From contig JAFVAT010000005.1 in NCBI GenBank assembly GCA_017480385.1, forward strand, positions 85,205-149,204: DNA of 64,000 bases, given 5' to 3'. Of this stretch, positions 17,864 through 30,618 are shown one piece after another (positions within the stretch are counted from its first letter, which is position 1; each line of letters opens with the position of its first letter). The notes beneath the pieces are model-generated. The model was not told the origin of the DNA, ran no database searches, and saw nothing but the letters and a program-made list of their open reading frames with translations. The DNA comes from Alphaproteobacteria bacterium (GTDB taxonomy: Bacteria; Pseudomonadota; Alphaproteobacteria; CAAGCB01; CAG-977). Made by a program: the position numbers and the translations under genes.

Positions 17864-19456
17864 TTATCCTTTTTTTCTGTGCAGACGAGCTTTTATTTCT
17901 TTTAAGCTTACACCACCGGACAACAGGACGGCAACTGTAAATATGATTCCTCCGAAAGCGATCAGACCGGTCAATATGCCAAAGCGAATTATTTGCGCGC
18001 TATGTACCCAATCGGGGAAATAAACAGCTGTTTTTTTATTGGCAAAAATAACGGCGCCGGTCATTACAAGGGTGGAAATTAAAATGGAAAAGGCGCGTTT
18101 TTTTAACATGCGATCGGCGCGGTGCAAAGCTTGCTTTTTGATGCGCCAGATATATTGCAGCACGTTGATCCACGCGACAATTCCCGTTGCCAATGCAATG
18201 CCGACATAGCCGAAGTTCGGCAGGAAAGCGGCGCATAACAGGATATATAATCCCAAAGCCCAAGCCGCAATCCGAACCGGTGTCGTCGTGTCGCCGCGGG
18301 CATAAAAGACGGGAGCCAGAGTCTTCGTCAGAATATAGGCCGGCAGTCCCGCGGCATAAGCGCAAAGAGCAACGGCGGTATTGACGCTGTCCGTGTTCGT
18401 AAATTCGCCGCGTTCAAACAAAACGGAAATGACCGGATAGCTTAAAGCCATCAGTCCCGCCATAGACGGCACGGACATCAGCAAAGCAAATTCCAATGCG
18501 CGGTTCAAACTGTTTTGCGCCTGTTCCGTTTCTCCGGCTTTCAGCTGGCGGGACAAGATCGGCAATAATGCCGTGCCGATCGCCGCGCCGATGATGCCGA
18601 CAGGCAATTGGTATAACCGATTGGCGTAGTACAGCCATGATACGGCGCCCGTTGACAGGAACGATACGAATAACGTATCCAAAAACAGATTGATCTGATA
18701 AATGCCCGATCCGAACACGCCGGGAATAATCCGTTTCATTAACAGCTTCAATTCCGCCGATCTGTCTTTGATCACAGCGGCAGGTCCTCTTAATCCCAAA
18801 GGCAATCCCGCGCGGTGCGTGTGCCAGATCAGCCACAGCAATTGAAATACGCCGGCCAAGGTCACGCCGGCAGATAAAGCATAACCGTAATTGCCGCCGA
18901 ACAAAGGCGTTAAAGCAAACAGGGCTGCGATCATGGTCACATTCAGCAATACCGGCGTTAAAGCAGCGGCGGCGAAATACCCCATGGAATTGAGCATGCC
19001 GCTTTGTAAGGAATTTAAAGAGACCAACAGCAAATAAGGAAACGTAATTCGCGACATGATGACGGCTGCGTCGAATTTTGCCGGGTCTTCAACAAATCCG
19101 GGCGCCTGTACGATAATAAAAACCGGCATCGCGATTTCGGCAATCGCCGTAAAAAGCAGAACAATATAAAACAAAGCGGAAAAAGCTTCTTCAGCAAAAC
19201 GGCGGGCAGGCTCTTTGCCCTTGGTTTCCAGATGTTCCGAAAACAATGGCACAAAAGCGACGTTAAAAGCGCCTTCGGCAAACAGACTTCTGAACAGATT
19301 AGGCAGCTTGAAGGCGACAAAGAATGCATCGGCGATCATGCCTGCTCCTAAGAAATTCGCGATCAAAAGATCTCGCACAAAGCCTAAAACACGGCTGACC
19401 ATTGTCCAACCGCCGACCGTTATAATAGATTTAATGACTGAAAGAGGCGCTGCCAT
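17864..19456 (-). CDS. murJ: lipid II flippase MurJ/MviN
   Basis: 530-aa polytopic membrane protein with MurJ-like N-terminus 'ANFLGAGMIADAFFVAFKLPNLFRSLFAEGAFNVAFVP'. Confidence 0.85.
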   Translation of the reverse strand: MAAPLSVIKSIITVGGWTMVSRVLGFVRDLLIANFLGAGMIADAFFVAFKLPNLFRSLFAEGAFNVAFVPLFSEHLETKGKEPARRFAEEAFSALFYIVLLFTAIAEIAMPVFIIVQAPGFVEDPAKFDAAVIMSRITFPYLLLVSLNSLQSGMLNSMGYFAAAALTPVLLNVTMIAALFALTPLFGGNYGYALSAGVTLAGVFQLLWLIWHTHRAGLPLGLRGPAAVIKDRSAELKLLMKRIIPGVFGSGIYQINLFLDTLFVSFLSTGAVSWLYYANRLYQLPVGIIGAAIGTALLPILSRQLKAGETEQAQNSLNRALEFALLMSVPSMAGLMALSYPVISVLFERGEFTNTDSVNTAVALCAYAAGLPAYILTKTLAPVFYARGDTTTPVRIAAWALGLYILLCAAFLPNFGYVGIALATGIVAWINVLQYIWRIKKQALHRADRMLKKRAFSILISTLVMTGAVIFANKKTAVYFPDWVHSAQIIRFGILTGLIAFGGIIFTVAVLLSGGVSLKEIKARLHRKKG

Positions 19457-21935
19457 TGATAGTGTCCAGTAAAGCTGTTTTAATTGTTTGGATTTTATCT
19501 GCGTCCGTTATTTTTTTGCCGGCATTATCCGTAACATAGAAAACGTCCACAATACGAGAACCATAAGTGTAAATATGGGCCGAAACAATATTTAAATTTA
19601 AAGATGTCATCGTATGCGTTATCGCATGCAAAAAACCGGTACAGTCCGTTCCGTTGACTTCGATTAAGGAACAGGAATCCGATGCCGAATTGTTAATGAA
19701 AACGCGCGGCGGGCACCATAAAACGAACGCCGGCGCTTTGGCGCGTTTTTGATCGAGTTTTTTTTCAATCTCCGCAGGATTGGCCGTTTTAATGCTGTTT
19801 TGCAGGCGAGCTATTTTTTTTGCGGAATCCAGCGGTCGTTTTTCGTTAAGCATATTTGTTTCCTGAATAAGAAACGTATCCAACGCCATGCCATTATCCA
19901 AGGTGGCAATTTGAGCTTCAACGACGGAAACATCTTCTAACGCCATAGCGCCGGTGATTTCCGCAAACAACCCGTCATGGTCGGGCGCCAAAACGATAAA
20001 TTCGGTCACGCCGCGTTCAAGATCCGGCGTTACGGCAAAAGCGTATTCTTTTTGATCCGCTTTTTCCACCAGAGTTTTTTGAGCCGGCGTCAAACTGCGC
20101 ACACGGCTGTCAATGCCCTGCATTTTTTCCAAAGCCAGCGCGAACAAGTCTTTTAAAAGTTTGTCTTTAAACGAGTTCCAAACATTCGGACCGACGGCTT
20201 TAATATCCGCGACGGTCAGAGCATATAATAACTTCAACCGTTCGGGAGATTGTACGACGCTAACAAAGTCTTCGATTGTTTTCGGATCAAAAATATCACG
20301 GCGAAAAGCCGTTTGACTCATGATCAAATGATGCGCGACCAGCCAGACAACCGTTTCCGCATCGCCTTTTTCAACTTTCAAATCAGCCAGAATTTTTTCT
20401 GCCAGTTCCGCGCCGGCCTGCGCGTGTTCTCCGCCGCGGCCTTTGCCGATATCGTGCAATAAAGTCCCCAAATACAGCGCCAAACGGGATTGCGGCTTCA
20501 AATCATCGGGAATATCCGATAAATACCCGATCGCTTTAAAGGTGTGTTCGTCCGTGGTGTAAACATGATACAAATCGAACTGCACTTGGGCGACGATGTT
20601 TTGAAATTCGGGGATTAAGCAGCCCAAAATGCCGCATTCGGTCATTTGGCGCAGCGAAGATTCCGGATCCTGAGACAGCAAAATATCAAAAAACAGCTTA
20701 TGCGCTTCAGGAGTTTTGCGGATCCTGCGCGCCAGTTTGGCATTATCGGTAATCAGCTGCAATGTTTGGGGATTCAAAGACAGCCGCATTTTTTGTTTAA
20801 GGGCAAAAGCCTCCAGCAAAGCCAGCGGATATTCATTAAAATGCAGATGATCTTTAAAAGCAATGCGGTCATTGATTAAATAAAAATCCGTTTCCGGCAA
20901 AGGCGTCAGACGCGGCGTGCCGCTTAATGCATCTCTAATCGCAGCCGTAATCTGACGGGACAGTTCCCCCACTGTTTTACATGTCAGATAATAGTGTTTC
21001 ATAAACCGTTCGGCGGCAGACTGTCCTATCCGGCTGACATATCCCATTTGTTCGGCGATTTTCTTTTGCGCATCAAACGTTAAAATGTCCCCCGAACGGC
21101 CGGACATCATATGCAGATGACAGCGTACCGTTGCCAAAAAACGATGCGCTTTTAAAAATTTGTGGCAGGCGACGGGACTTAAAATGCCACGGTAAATCAA
21201 ATCGTGCATGTCCGTAATGCCAAATAAATACTTTGCAAGCCAAAACATCAAATGCAGATCGCGCAAGCCGCCCCGGCCTTCCTTGACATTCGGTTCCAGC
21301 ATATATTTCGACTGCCCCATGCGGCGATAGCGCACGGATCGTTCCTCCAGCTTGCTTTCCACAAAATCATGACCGTCACCGGCAGTTCGCAGCAATTCAT
21401 AACGGAAACAAAAATCATCAAACAAATCAACGCTGCCCCAAACCAATCGGCTTTCCAGCAAATTCGTTCTGATGCTCATATCCGAAACGGCCTGATCGAT
21501 ACAGTCCGCCGGTGTCCGCACAGAAGCCCCGACTTTTACCCCCGTGTCCCATAAAACGGAGGTGATAAAAGAAACAATTTCCTCCGCTTTGTTTTTGTCG
21601 TTTTCATTTAACAGGAATAGAATGTCTATGTCGGAATAAGGGGCAAGTTCTTTTCGGCCGTATCCGCCAACCGCAGCTAAGGCCAACTCCGGTTTTTCCT
21701 GATCCTGAAAAACAATATCGTAAACAAAGGTCATCAGTTCGGATAAAATCCGGTCCAATTCGTCCGCATGGCTGAACATTACTTCCAGCCCGCTGTTCTG
21801 CGGCGTATTCAGTGCCAGTCCCATATGCACCAGCACCTCATCGCGTTTTTGTTTCAACAGCTTGATAACGGCTGATTTCCGGTCTTCAAAGGCCGCCGTC
21901 TGCCAAACTTGTCCCAAATCGTAGCACAGCGTCAT
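19431..21935 (-). CDS. glnD: [protein-PII] uridylyltransferase/uridylyl-removing enzyme GlnD
   Basis: 834 aa; nucleotidyltransferase '[18 protein letters not shown]', HD '[11 protein letters not shown]', C-terminal ACT domains. Confidence 0.9.
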   Translation of the reverse strand: MTLCYDLGQVWQTAAFEDRKSAVIKLLKQKRDEVLVHMGLALNTPQNSGLEVMFSHADELDRILSELMTFVYDIVFQDQEKPELALAAVGGYGRKELAPYSDIDILFLLNENDKNKAEEIVSFITSVLWDTGVKVGASVRTPADCIDQAVSDMSIRTNLLESRLVWGSVDLFDDFCFRYELLRTAGDGHDFVESKLEERSVRYRRMGQSKYMLEPNVKEGRGGLRDLHLMFWLAKYLFGITDMHDLIYRGILSPVACHKFLKAHRFLATVRCHLHMMSGRSGDILTFDAQKKIAEQMGYVSRIGQSAAERFMKHYYLTCKTVGELSRQITAAIRDALSGTPRLTPLPETDFYLINDRIAFKDHLHFNEYPLALLEAFALKQKMRLSLNPQTLQLITDNAKLARRIRKTPEAHKLFFDILLSQDPESSLRQMTECGILGCLIPEFQNIVAQVQFDLYHVYTTDEHTFKAIGYLSDIPDDLKPQSRLALYLGTLLHDIGKGRGGEHAQAGAELAEKILADLKVEKGDAETVVWLVAHHLIMSQTAFRRDIFDPKTIEDFVSVVQSPERLKLLYALTVADIKAVGPNVWNSFKDKLLKDLFALALEKMQGIDSRVRSLTPAQKTLVEKADQKEYAFAVTPDLERGVTEFIVLAPDHDGLFAEITGAMALEDVSVVEAQIATLDNGMALDTFLIQETNMLNEKRPLDSAKKIARLQNSIKTANPAEIEKKLDQKRAKAPAFVLWCPPRVFINNSASDSCSLIEVNGTDCTGFLHAITHTMTSLNLNIVSAHIYTYGSRIVDVFYVTDNAGKKITDADKIQTIKTALLDTINGSASFSH

Positions 21936-24652
21936 GCGTTTTGCTCCGCCAGCCGTTTCAATTTATAAAGCGCGTCCAGAGCCTGTTTCGGCGTCAGTTC
22001 GTCCGGAACGATTTTTTGCAGTTCCTCCAAAACAGGAGAAGAGAGCACGGCTTCAGAAACAGATGAGGCTTCCTGCGCCTTGGCTTTTTTCTGCACCAAA
22101 GCGAACAAAGGCAAGTCATTCATAAAGTTAACCTCGTACGACCCCTGCTTTTCCATTTCCGCCAACACTTGTTTGGCCCGCTCAATCACTGCCGCGGGAA
22201 GCCCGGCCAACCGTCCCACGTGAATGCCGTAAGACCGATCTGCCGTGCCTTTGATGACTTCGTGCAGGAAAACGACATTGTTTTTCCACTCTTTGACACG
22301 CATCGTGTACAGTGACAAATGCGCCAGTACTTCGGACAAAGCGGTCAGTTCGTGATAATGCGTTGCAAACAAAGCGCGGGATTTGTTGACTTCATGCAAA
22401 TGTTCAACAACGGCCCAAGCGATCGAAAGCCCGTCAAATGTTGCCGTGCCGCGGCCTATCTCGTCCAGAATAACCAAAGACTTGGGTGTGGACTGATTTA
22501 AAATCGCTGCGGTTTCAATCATTTCCACCATAAAGGTTGACCGGCCCCGCGCCAAATCGTCCGCCGCGCCGACACGGGAAAACAGCTTGTCGACAATGCC
22601 GATCTTTGCCGATTGAGCCGGCACATAACAGCCGGCCTGCGCCAAAACGGCAATCAAAGCGTTTTGACGCAGAAAAGTGCTTTTGCCCGCCATATTCGGT
22701 CCCGTCATCAGCCACAGCCGTCCGTCCTTTGTTTCATGATTGCCCAAATGACAGTCATTTGTGACAAAATCGGTTTCATGTGCCGCTTTCATTGTTTGTT
22801 CAACAACGGGGTGACGGCCTTTTTCAATGTCAAAGGCAAGACTGTCTTCTAAAACAGGGCGGCAGTAATCGTACTCTTCGGCTGTTTCCGCCAAACCGGA
22901 GGCAACGTCCAGCATCGCCAACACCTGTGCGTCCTGAGCAATCGTATCCGCCGCGCGCATCACTTTATTCACCAAATCGGCAAACAGCTCAAGTTCCAAT
23001 GCCAGCGTCCGCTCCGCTGCGCCCTTCAGCTTGTTTTCCAGCTCCGACAGCTCGACCGTCGTAAAGCGGATCGCATTCGACATTGTTTGGCGGTGCATGA
23101 AAATGGATTTGCCCTGCCGCGCGTCCTCCAGCATTGACTGCGCGTTTTTGGCGGTTACTTCGATATAGTAGCCCAGAATATTGTTGTGCGCGATTTTCAA
23201 ACCGGGAATACCGGCGATTTCCGCATATTTGACCTGCAGCCGCATCATCATTTGTCTGCTTTGGTCGCGCAGCTGTTTCAATTCGTCCAGTTCGGCAGAA
23301 TACATCGGTGCGATAAAACCGCCGTCCCGCGCCAAAAGAGGCAAGTCTTCCGCTAAAGCGCGGGATAAAGTATCGGTTAAGGCTTCGGGGATTTTTAAAG
23401 ACCTTAAGCAGCTTTCAATGGCAGGCGGCATGCCCAGATCGGAATGGATCGCCTGCTTTAAGTCAGGCAGCTGTTTTAAAGTGTCGCGGATTATCGCCAG
23501 ATCGCGGGGCCCGCCGCGGCCTAAAGACAGCCGGGCCAAAGCGCGCTCCATATCCGGACATTCGGCCAGCCTGTCGCGAACCGTGGCGCGAATCAGCGGA
23601 TTTTTAACAAAAAATTCAATTCTGTCCAGCCGCTTGTTAATCGCATAAATATCTGTCAGAGGCGAAGATAATTGCTGTGATAAAAGCCGTGCGCCGGCGC
23701 CGGTGACAGTTTTGTCAATGCTGGAAAACAACGTCGGTCCCTTTTCGGCGGACAAAGAATGAAACAGTTCCAAATTTCGCCGGGTAGCCGCATCAATTTC
23801 CATTAACCGGCCGACCGTGTAATGCTTCAACGGATTTAAGCGGGGCAGCTGTCCCTTTTGCGTCAGTTCAATATAATCGACCAAAGCGCCTGCCGCGCCA
23901 AGTTCGCTTTTATTAAAATGACCGAAAGCGTCCAGCGTTTGCACATTGAAAAATTTTTCCAGCCTTTTTTGCCCGTTTTCCGCAGAGAACCGCACTGAAG
24001 GCAGCGGTGTCAGCAGCCGTTTAAAGTCATTGAAAACTTCAAAAAAATCGGGAACTTGCAGCAGCTTATCCGACACAATAATTTCTTTAGGTTCCAACCG
24101 GGCAATGCCGGCGGATAAGGCTCCGGGTTTTTGAGACGCCAGCGTCTGCACGGCAAAATCGCCCGTTGAAACGTCCGCCCATGCCATGCCGATCCCGTCC
24201 AAAGATCCGGTTAACGCCAGCAAATAATTGCACGATCTCGGCTCCAAAATATTATCTTCGGTCAATGTGCCCGGCGTAATCAGGCGAATGACCTCCCGTT
24301 TGATCAAAGCGTTTGCCCCGCGCGCTTTGCGTGCCTGTACAGGATCCTCCATTTGTTCGCAGATCGCTACTTTAAACCCCTTGCGAATCAGACGGGACAG
24401 ATAAATTTCATGCGAATGAACAGGAACACCGCACATAGGAATATCAACACCTTTTTCCCGACCGCGTTTAGTCAATGCTATATCCAAAGCAGCAGACGCC
24501 GTTACCGCATCGTCAAAAAACATTTCGTAAAAATCACCCATACGGTAAAACAGCAAATATCCTTCATGCTGGCGTTTGATTTCAAAGTACTGCGCCATCA
24601 TCGGCGTTGATTTCTGATCGCTATCCTTTTCTGTTTTTGTGACCTGATTCAT
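21932..24652 (-). CDS. mutS: DNA mismatch repair protein MutS
   Basis: 906 aa; '[14 protein letters not shown]...[13 protein letters not shown]', Walker A 'GPNMAGKST'. Confidence 0.95.
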   Translation of the reverse strand: MNQVTKTEKDSDQKSTPMMAQYFEIKRQHEGYLLFYRMGDFYEMFFDDAVTASAALDIALTKRGREKGVDIPMCGVPVHSHEIYLSRLIRKGFKVAICEQMEDPVQARKARGANALIKREVIRLITPGTLTEDNILEPRSCNYLLALTGSLDGIGMAWADVSTGDFAVQTLASQKPGALSAGIARLEPKEIIVSDKLLQVPDFFEVFNDFKRLLTPLPSVRFSAENGQKRLEKFFNVQTLDAFGHFNKSELGAAGALVDYIELTQKGQLPRLNPLKHYTVGRLMEIDAATRRNLELFHSLSAEKGPTLFSSIDKTVTGAGARLLSQQLSSPLTDIYAINKRLDRIEFFVKNPLIRATVRDRLAECPDMERALARLSLGRGGPRDLAIIRDTLKQLPDLKQAIHSDLGMPPAIESCLRSLKIPEALTDTLSRALAEDLPLLARDGGFIAPMYSAELDELKQLRDQSRQMMMRLQVKYAEIAGIPGLKIAHNNILGYYIEVTAKNAQSMLEDARQGKSIFMHRQTMSNAIRFTTVELSELENKLKGAAERTLALELELFADLVNKVMRAADTIAQDAQVLAMLDVASGLAETAEEYDYCRPVLEDSLAFDIEKGRHPVVEQTMKAAHETDFVTNDCHLGNHETKDGRLWLMTGPNMAGKSTFLRQNALIAVLAQAGCYVPAQSAKIGIVDKLFSRVGAADDLARGRSTFMVEMIETAAILNQSTPKSLVILDEIGRGTATFDGLSIAWAVVEHLHEVNKSRALFATHYHELTALSEVLAHLSLYTMRVKEWKNNVVFLHEVIKGTADRSYGIHVGRLAGLPAAVIERAKQVLAEMEKQGSYEVNFMNDLPLFALVQKKAKAQEASSVSEAVLSSPVLEELQKIVPDELTPKQALDALYKLKRLAEQNA

Positions 24653-24730
24653 TGCGTTTCACTTCTTTGTTTATTTATGGTACGTTGTAATATATCCGTT
24701 TTTAACCAATCAATAAAGCTTTGAAATATT

Positions 24731-25972
24731 ATGACAGAAAACAAAAATTCACTTGAGCAGGACTCTTTAGCCTTACATGCTTCCGGCCGGCCCGGAAAAA
24801 TCGAAGTCGTCCCGACTAAGCCTTTGAATACTCAACGAGATTTAGCATTAGCTTATTCTCCAGGCGTGGCGGCGCCATGTTTGGAAATTCAAAAAAATCC
24901 CGACGAAGCCTTTCACTATACGGCCAAAGGAAATCTGGTCGCCGTCATTTCAAACGGTACGGCTGTTTTGGGACTGGGCAGCATCGGTGCTTTGGCTTCC
25001 AAACCGGTTATGGAAGGCAAAGCCGTTTTGTTTAAAAAATTTGCCGATGTGGATTCGATTGATATCGAAATCGATTCTTTGGATCCTGATAAAGTCGTGG
25101 AAACGGCGGCTCTGATCGGAAACGGATTCAGCGGCATCAACTTAGAAGACATCAAGGCGCCGGAATGTTTTTATATCGAAACGGAATTAAAAAAGCGTCT
25201 GAATATTCCTGTTTTCCATGATGACCAACACGGCACAGCGGTTGTCGTTGCTGCCGGACTGTTGAACGGATTGGAACTGACCGGCAAAAAAATTGAAAAA
25301 ATCAGGCTGGTTGTCAACGGCGCGGGAGCAGCGGCGGTCGCCTGCGCCTCTTTGCTGCGCGAATTAGGCGTAAAGCATATCATTATGTGCGATTCAAAAG
25401 GCGTCATTTACAAAGGCCGCACAGCAGGAATGAATCCTTTTAAAGAATCGTTTGCCGTTGAAACGGATTGCCGTACTTTAGCCGAAGCCGTTAAAGAAGC
25501 TGATGTTTTCTTAGGGCTTTCTGTCAAAGGAGCCCTGACGCAGGAAATGGTCAAAACAATGGCGAAACAGCCGCTGATTTTTGCCTTGGCCAATCCAAAT
25601 CCTGAAATTACGCCGCAGGACGCTTTTGCCGCCGCGCCGGACGCAATTGTGGCGACAGGGCGGTCGGATTATCCCAATCAAGTCAATAATGTTTTGGGCT
25701 TTCCGTATATTTTCCGCGGTGCGTTGGATGTTCGCGCTTTACAAATCAATGAAAAAATGAAGTTAGCGGCGGCCTATGCTTTGGCGGAATTGGCGCGCAC
25801 AGACGGATTGACCAAAGACAAAATCATTCCTTCTCCGTTTGACAGCCGTTTAATCGAAACAGTTCCCGTTGCAGTCGCCAAGGCGGCCTGTGAAACGGGT
25901 GTGGCACGCCTGCCTGTCGAAGATTGGGACGCCTACCGGATACGACTGCAAAACCGCGTCAAAAAAGGATAA
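24731..25972 (+). CDS. NAD(P)-dependent malic enzyme (short form, no PTA domain)
   Basis: 413 aa; '[13 protein letters not shown]', '[11 protein letters not shown]' Rossmann motif. Confidence 0.85.
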   Translation: MTENKNSLEQDSLALHASGRPGKIEVVPTKPLNTQRDLALAYSPGVAAPCLEIQKNPDEAFHYTAKGNLVAVISNGTAVLGLGSIGALASKPVMEGKAVLFKKFADVDSIDIEIDSLDPDKVVETAALIGNGFSGINLEDIKAPECFYIETELKKRLNIPVFHDDQHGTAVVVAAGLLNGLELTGKKIEKIRLVVNGAGAAAVACASLLRELGVKHIIMCDSKGVIYKGRTAGMNPFKESFAVETDCRTLAEAVKEADVFLGLSVKGALTQEMVKTMAKQPLIFALANPNPEITPQDAFAAAPDAIVATGRSDYPNQVNNVLGFPYIFRGALDVRALQINEKMKLAAAYALAELARTDGLTKDKIIPSPFDSRLIETVPVAVAKAACETGVARLPVEDWDAYRIRLQNRVKKG

Positions 25973-25976
25973 AAAA

Positions 25977-27446
25977 ATGGCCGTGCGCGTTTCCGATAAA
26001 GACGATGTCCCGTATCTGTTTGCCCAACGTGTTTTAACGGTTTCTCTTCCGACGGCTCTGATGCTGATCATTCTGGTTATGGCGGGAGAAGTGCAGGCAA
26101 CAACCGCTATCGTCGGATTTGGAATGGTTGTTTGTTTAACGATCGTTCTTGCGCTGCCGTTTTTGATGAAACTGAAAAATTTAACGCAGTATGTTCATAA
26201 AATAGCGCAGGAAGAAGATATTTCCGATATGCCTGTTTTCAGCGAAAGGGACGAAGAATCGGTTCGAATTGTTTCGGCGATCAATCAGATGCGCAACGTT
26301 TGGGCGACGCGAGCGGAACATTTGGAAGCGCAAACGCTTTCCGACGCAGCAGTATTGGACAGCCTGCCGGATCCGCTGCTGATGTTGGACGATAAAGGAA
26401 CGGTGATCGGAGCAAATTTAGCGGCGCGCGAACTGTTCGGTTTTAACGTTCGCGGGCAAGCTTTGAAAATATTGGTGGAATCTCAATATTTGCCCCTGGC
26501 TTTGGATCGGATTTTGAATGAACAAACGCGTAAAGAAAGTTTGGAAATTTACCTGAAACAAAAAGTTTTTAATGCAAAAATCGAACATTTGCCTGCGGAA
26601 GCCCGCGCGGGTACCGTTGCTGTTTTATCATTATATGATATGACTGCCAGAAAACAGTTTGAACAAATGCAAACGGACTTTATCGCCAATGCCAGCCACG
26701 AGCTGCGTACGCCGTTATCCGTATTGTCGGGATTTATTGAAACGCTTCAGGGAATGTCTGAAGAAGACGAAGAGGCTCGAAATCATTTCTTAAACATAAT
26801 GCAAACGCAGGCGGGACGAATGTCAAGCCTGATTGAAAGTCTGCTGTGTTTATCGCGGCTGCAAATGAATGAGGAACAAGAATTTTCCGCAGAGGTTGAA
26901 GTTCCTGAAATTTTGCCGGCTGTCAAGCAAATGTTGGACACCAAAGCGGCCAAAACGGAAATGAGCATTGTGTTAAAGCCCTGTGCGCAAACCGGCAGGA
27001 TTTTAGGAGATGTCAGCGAACTTAATCAGGTTTTTCAAAATTTAACGGATAACGCACTAAAATACGGCAAACCAGGCGGGAAAGTTACGGTTTCCTGCCG
27101 TATTTTGCCCAATGACGGAATGCTTGATGACAAAGCGCAACAAATCTATGCCGTTTCCATTCATAACACGGGCGATCCGATAGCGCCTGAAAATTTGCCG
27201 CATTTGTTTGAACGGTTTTACCGTGTCGCCGAAACAAAAAATAAAGCGGTCGGCACCGGTTTGGGATTGTCCATTGTTCAACAAATCATAAAACATCACA
27301 ATGGCCGAATTGACGTTCAAAGCTCTAATGAAACAGGGACGGTCTTTACGGTGTATCTGCCGATGTATCCACTTGAGCCTTCTGCGGAAAACGCCGGTTC
27401 AGAAACCACAGAACAATCAGCCCCGGCAGACACAGCGATGCCGTAA
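25977..27446 (+). CDS. PhoR-like PAS sensor histidine kinase
   Basis: Two TM segments, PAS, HisKA 'ANASHELRTPLS', HATPase 'GTGLGLSIV'; no adjacent response regulator. Confidence 0.75.
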   Translation: MAVRVSDKDDVPYLFAQRVLTVSLPTALMLIILVMAGEVQATTAIVGFGMVVCLTIVLALPFLMKLKNLTQYVHKIAQEEDISDMPVFSERDEESVRIVSAINQMRNVWATRAEHLEAQTLSDAAVLDSLPDPLLMLDDKGTVIGANLAARELFGFNVRGQALKILVESQYLPLALDRILNEQTRKESLEIYLKQKVFNAKIEHLPAEARAGTVAVLSLYDMTARKQFEQMQTDFIANASHELRTPLSVLSGFIETLQGMSEEDEEARNHFLNIMQTQAGRMSSLIESLLCLSRLQMNEEQEFSAEVEVPEILPAVKQMLDTKAAKTEMSIVLKPCAQTGRILGDVSELNQVFQNLTDNALKYGKPGGKVTVSCRILPNDGMLDDKAQQIYAVSIHNTGDPIAPENLPHLFERFYRVAETKNKAVGTGLGLSIVQQIIKHHNGRIDVQSSNETGTVFTVYLPMYPLEPSAENAGSETTEQSAPADTAMP

Positions 27447-28626
27447 TCATAAAGAAAACAGGCCATGTCGTATGATCGGCCAGCCATCCGCTCATTGAAG
27501 ACAGCATATCACGTGGCAAAGCCATTAAAGAACTGAGCAAAGCATATTGCGTCGCGGTATAAGCGGCATTGCATAAAAATGACATATAAGCGACAAACGC
27601 TGAAGTTGCCATAGCGGAAGTCAGATTATCCGAAATCACCGATATCATCAGCCAGGTAAGACTGTTGCCCTGCGTTGCCAAATACGCAAACGGCAGATTG
27701 CTGATCCCCTGCAGAATACCGCAGATCAGCAGACTGCGCATAATTCCCCAGCGGACAACGGCAATTCCTCCGAGAAAGCCGCCTAAAATCGTGGCAGCAA
27801 TACCGTACAATTTAACGACTGTTGCAATTTGATCATAAGAAAACCCCAGTTCCACATAGAATGGAGCCGTCATTGTGCCCAGTGTTGTCTCGCATAATTT
27901 GTAAAGCATAATGAACAATATGATCAGAAACCACCCCGGACGGGCGATAAAGTCCTTAATTGGAGCAACAACTGCCGTTTTGAAGAATTTTTTTTGATCT
28001 GCAGTTTCTTTTCTGACTTTCGGCTCTTTAACGGCCAAAATTGTTGCCATGCCGATTATTCCCGACAAGGCTAAAATCGTATAGACGTTTTCCCACGACA
28101 TGACTTGCGCCATATAAAGCGCGCCGGCACCGGCGGCCAACATGCCGATTCTATAGCCGAAGACAAAGCATCCCGATGCTGCGCCCTGATCCTGCGGATC
28201 AAAATCCTCCACACGAAAAGCATCTAAAACAATATCCTGAGACGCGGAAAAAAACGCGACGGCAATGGCGCAGACACCGGTCAGCATCGGATTGACAGCC
28301 GGATTCGTCCGGATCAGCGCAGCTAGACTGATCATCAGGCAGACCTGAAACAACAGAGCCCAAGACCGCCGTTGTCCCAAAGCCTTTGTCAACACTGGAA
28401 TTTTGCACCGATCGACATAAGGCGCCCACAAAAATTTAAAGCTGTATGGAAAACGCGTTAAAGAAAACAGCGCGATATCCGTTTTGGAAACACCTTTGCC
28501 GGCCAGCCAATACGCTAAAGTGGACAGCAATAAAACCAAGGGAAGTCCGCTGAAAAAGCCCAAAACCGCCATCACAGCCATTTTCGGACTGCGGTAGACG
28601 CTGATTGAGGCCTTCCAGCTGTTCAT
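27346..28626 (-). CDS. ampG: AmpG-family MFS muropeptide permease
   Basis: 426-aa 12-TM protein with AmpG-like N-terminus; 3' end overlaps the convergent kinase gene by 101 nt. Confidence 0.7.
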   Translation of the reverse strand: MNSWKASISVYRSPKMAVMAVLGFFSGLPLVLLLSTLAYWLAGKGVSKTDIALFSLTRFPYSFKFLWAPYVDRCKIPVLTKALGQRRSWALLFQVCLMISLAALIRTNPAVNPMLTGVCAIAVAFFSASQDIVLDAFRVEDFDPQDQGAASGCFVFGYRIGMLAAGAGALYMAQVMSWENVYTILALSGIIGMATILAVKEPKVRKETADQKKFFKTAVVAPIKDFIARPGWFLIILFIMLYKLCETTLGTMTAPFYVELGFSYDQIATVVKLYGIAATILGGFLGGIAVVRWGIMRSLLICGILQGISNLPFAYLATQGNSLTWLMISVISDNLTSAMATSAFVAYMSFLCNAAYTATQYALLSSLMALPRDMLSSMSGWLADHTTWPVFFMITASLCLPGLIVLWFLNRRFPQKAQVDTSADTP

Positions 28627-28628
28627 TC

Positions 28629-30458
28629 TTATTCCTGATCCATTTGTGCCCGTTTGTTTGCATCGCGCTTGCGCAGATTAGTGTCCAAAATCGCTTTGCG
28701 CAGACGGAACGTTTTCGGCGAGACTTCAACCAGTTCATCTTCCTGAATGTAGGCCAGAGCTTCTTCAAGACTCATTTTAATCGGCGGAATCAGCTGAATG
28801 TTTTCGTCTTTGGCCGCCGCACGAATATTGGTCAGGTGCTTTGTTTTAATCGGATTGACTTCAATGTCGTTTGACTTTGTATGTTCGCCGACAATCATGC
28901 CCTCATACACATCTGCTCCCGGATCAATGAACATCGGACCGCGGTCTTCCAGTTTCCACAGCGCATAGGCAACGGCAACACCGTTGTCCGTTGAAACTAA
29001 AACACCCGTTCTGCGTCCCGGAATCGACCCTTTATACGGCTGATAGCTGTGAAACAGTTTGTTCATAACGCCCGTACCGCAGGTGTCAGTCAAAAACTGC
29101 GAATGATAGCCGATCAAACTGCGCGACGGAACCAAGAACGTAATCCGCGTTTTATTGCCGCCGGAAGGACGCATATCCGTCATTTCAGCCCGGCGCTCGC
29201 CCAATTTTTCACAGACAGTGCCGACATACTGCTCATCAACATCAATAATGACCTCCTCAATCGGTTCCAGCTTTTTGCCGGATACGGGGTCAACCTGCAT
29301 TAAAACGCGCGGACGGCTGATTGACAGCTCGAAACCTTCGCGGCGCATCTGTTCGATCAAAATGCCCAGCTGCAATTCGCCGCGTCCCGCAACTTCAAAA
29401 GCATCTGTCGAATCCGTCCGAGAAACGCGCAAAGCAACATTGCCTTCCGCTTCTTTTTGCAAACGGTCCCAAATCACGCGGGAAGTGACTTTGTCGCCGT
29501 CTTTGCCGGCCAAGGGCGAAGTATTGATTGAAAATGTCATCGCCAAAGTCGGCGGATCAATCGGCTGAGCCGCAATCGGCGCCGTCACGGATTGATCGCA
29601 TAGCGTATCTGCAACGGTTGCTTTTGTTAACCCGGCCAGAGCGACAATATCGCCGGCATGCGCCTCTTCCAATCCGGTGCGCTTTAATCCACGAAAAGCT
29701 AGAATCTTACTGACACGGGCATTTTCGATTGTTTTGCCGTCACGCCCGATTGCTTTGATCATCGTATTGACCTTAATCGATCCCGAATGAATCTTGCCAG
29801 TCAGAATACGACCGACGAACGGATCATTTTCAATCGCCGTGACCAATAAAGAAAACGGCCCGTGCGGATCGCATTTCGGCGGCGGCACGAAGTCCATAAT
29901 CAAATCAAACAGAGGAGCGATGGAATCACGCGGGTCTTTGTCCAAATCCTTGACAGCCCAGCCTTCGCGACCGGAAGCGTACAGCACGGGAAAATCCAGC
30001 TGTTCATCTGTTGCGTCCAAAGAAGCAAACAGATCAAAAACTTCCTCGTAAACTTCCTGCGGGCGGGCATCAGGACGGTCAACCTTGTTAATCACAACGA
30101 TAGGTTTCAAGCCTATTTTCAAGGCTTTGCTGACGACGAACTTTGTCTGCGGCAGCGGCCCTTCCGCCGCATCAACCAAAACGATCGCCGAATCGACCAT
30201 ATCCAAAATACGTTCGACTTCGCCGCCGAAATCCGCGTGCCCCGGCGTGTCAACAATGTTAAAGCGCGCTCCTTTCCATTCAACAGAGGTGCATTTCGCT
30301 AAAATTGTAATGCCGCGTTCACGTTCCAAATCATTGGAATCCAAAGCGCGTTCAGCAACAACCTGATTGTCGCGGAAAGTGCCGCTTTGGCGCAGCATGG
30401 TATCGACCAGTGTCGTTTTGCCGTGGTCAACGTGGGCAATAATCGCAATATTACGCAT
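28629..30458 (-). CDS. typA: translational GTPase TypA/BipA
   Basis: 609 aa; '[19 protein letters not shown]'. Confidence 0.95.
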   Translation of the reverse strand: MRNIAIIAHVDHGKTTLVDTMLRQSGTFRDNQVVAERALDSNDLERERGITILAKCTSVEWKGARFNIVDTPGHADFGGEVERILDMVDSAIVLVDAAEGPLPQTKFVVSKALKIGLKPIVVINKVDRPDARPQEVYEEVFDLFASLDATDEQLDFPVLYASGREGWAVKDLDKDPRDSIAPLFDLIMDFVPPPKCDPHGPFSLLVTAIENDPFVGRILTGKIHSGSIKVNTMIKAIGRDGKTIENARVSKILAFRGLKRTGLEEAHAGDIVALAGLTKATVADTLCDQSVTAPIAAQPIDPPTLAMTFSINTSPLAGKDGDKVTSRVIWDRLQKEAEGNVALRVSRTDSTDAFEVAGRGELQLGILIEQMRREGFELSISRPRVLMQVDPVSGKKLEPIEEVIIDVDEQYVGTVCEKLGERRAEMTDMRPSGGNKTRITFLVPSRSLIGYHSQFLTDTCGTGVMNKLFHSYQPYKGSIPGRRTGVLVSTDNGVAVAYALWKLEDRGPMFIDPGADVYEGMIVGEHTKSNDIEVNPIKTKHLTNIRAAAKDENIQLIPPIKMSLEEALAYIQEDELVEVSPKTFRLRKAILDTNLRKRDANKRAQMDQE

Positions 30459-30618
30459 CGGAAAACTTCTTTGTTTTTAATAGACAATTAATGTAACTAT
30501 GCTTTTACGTATTCTTGTTCTTTTTGTCAATTCCCGACCGTTATGAAGCGGCGGATTTTTTTTGATCCGGCAGATATTTCGTATATACTGGAATTTAGTT
30601 TTTATTCAAGAGGGAAAA

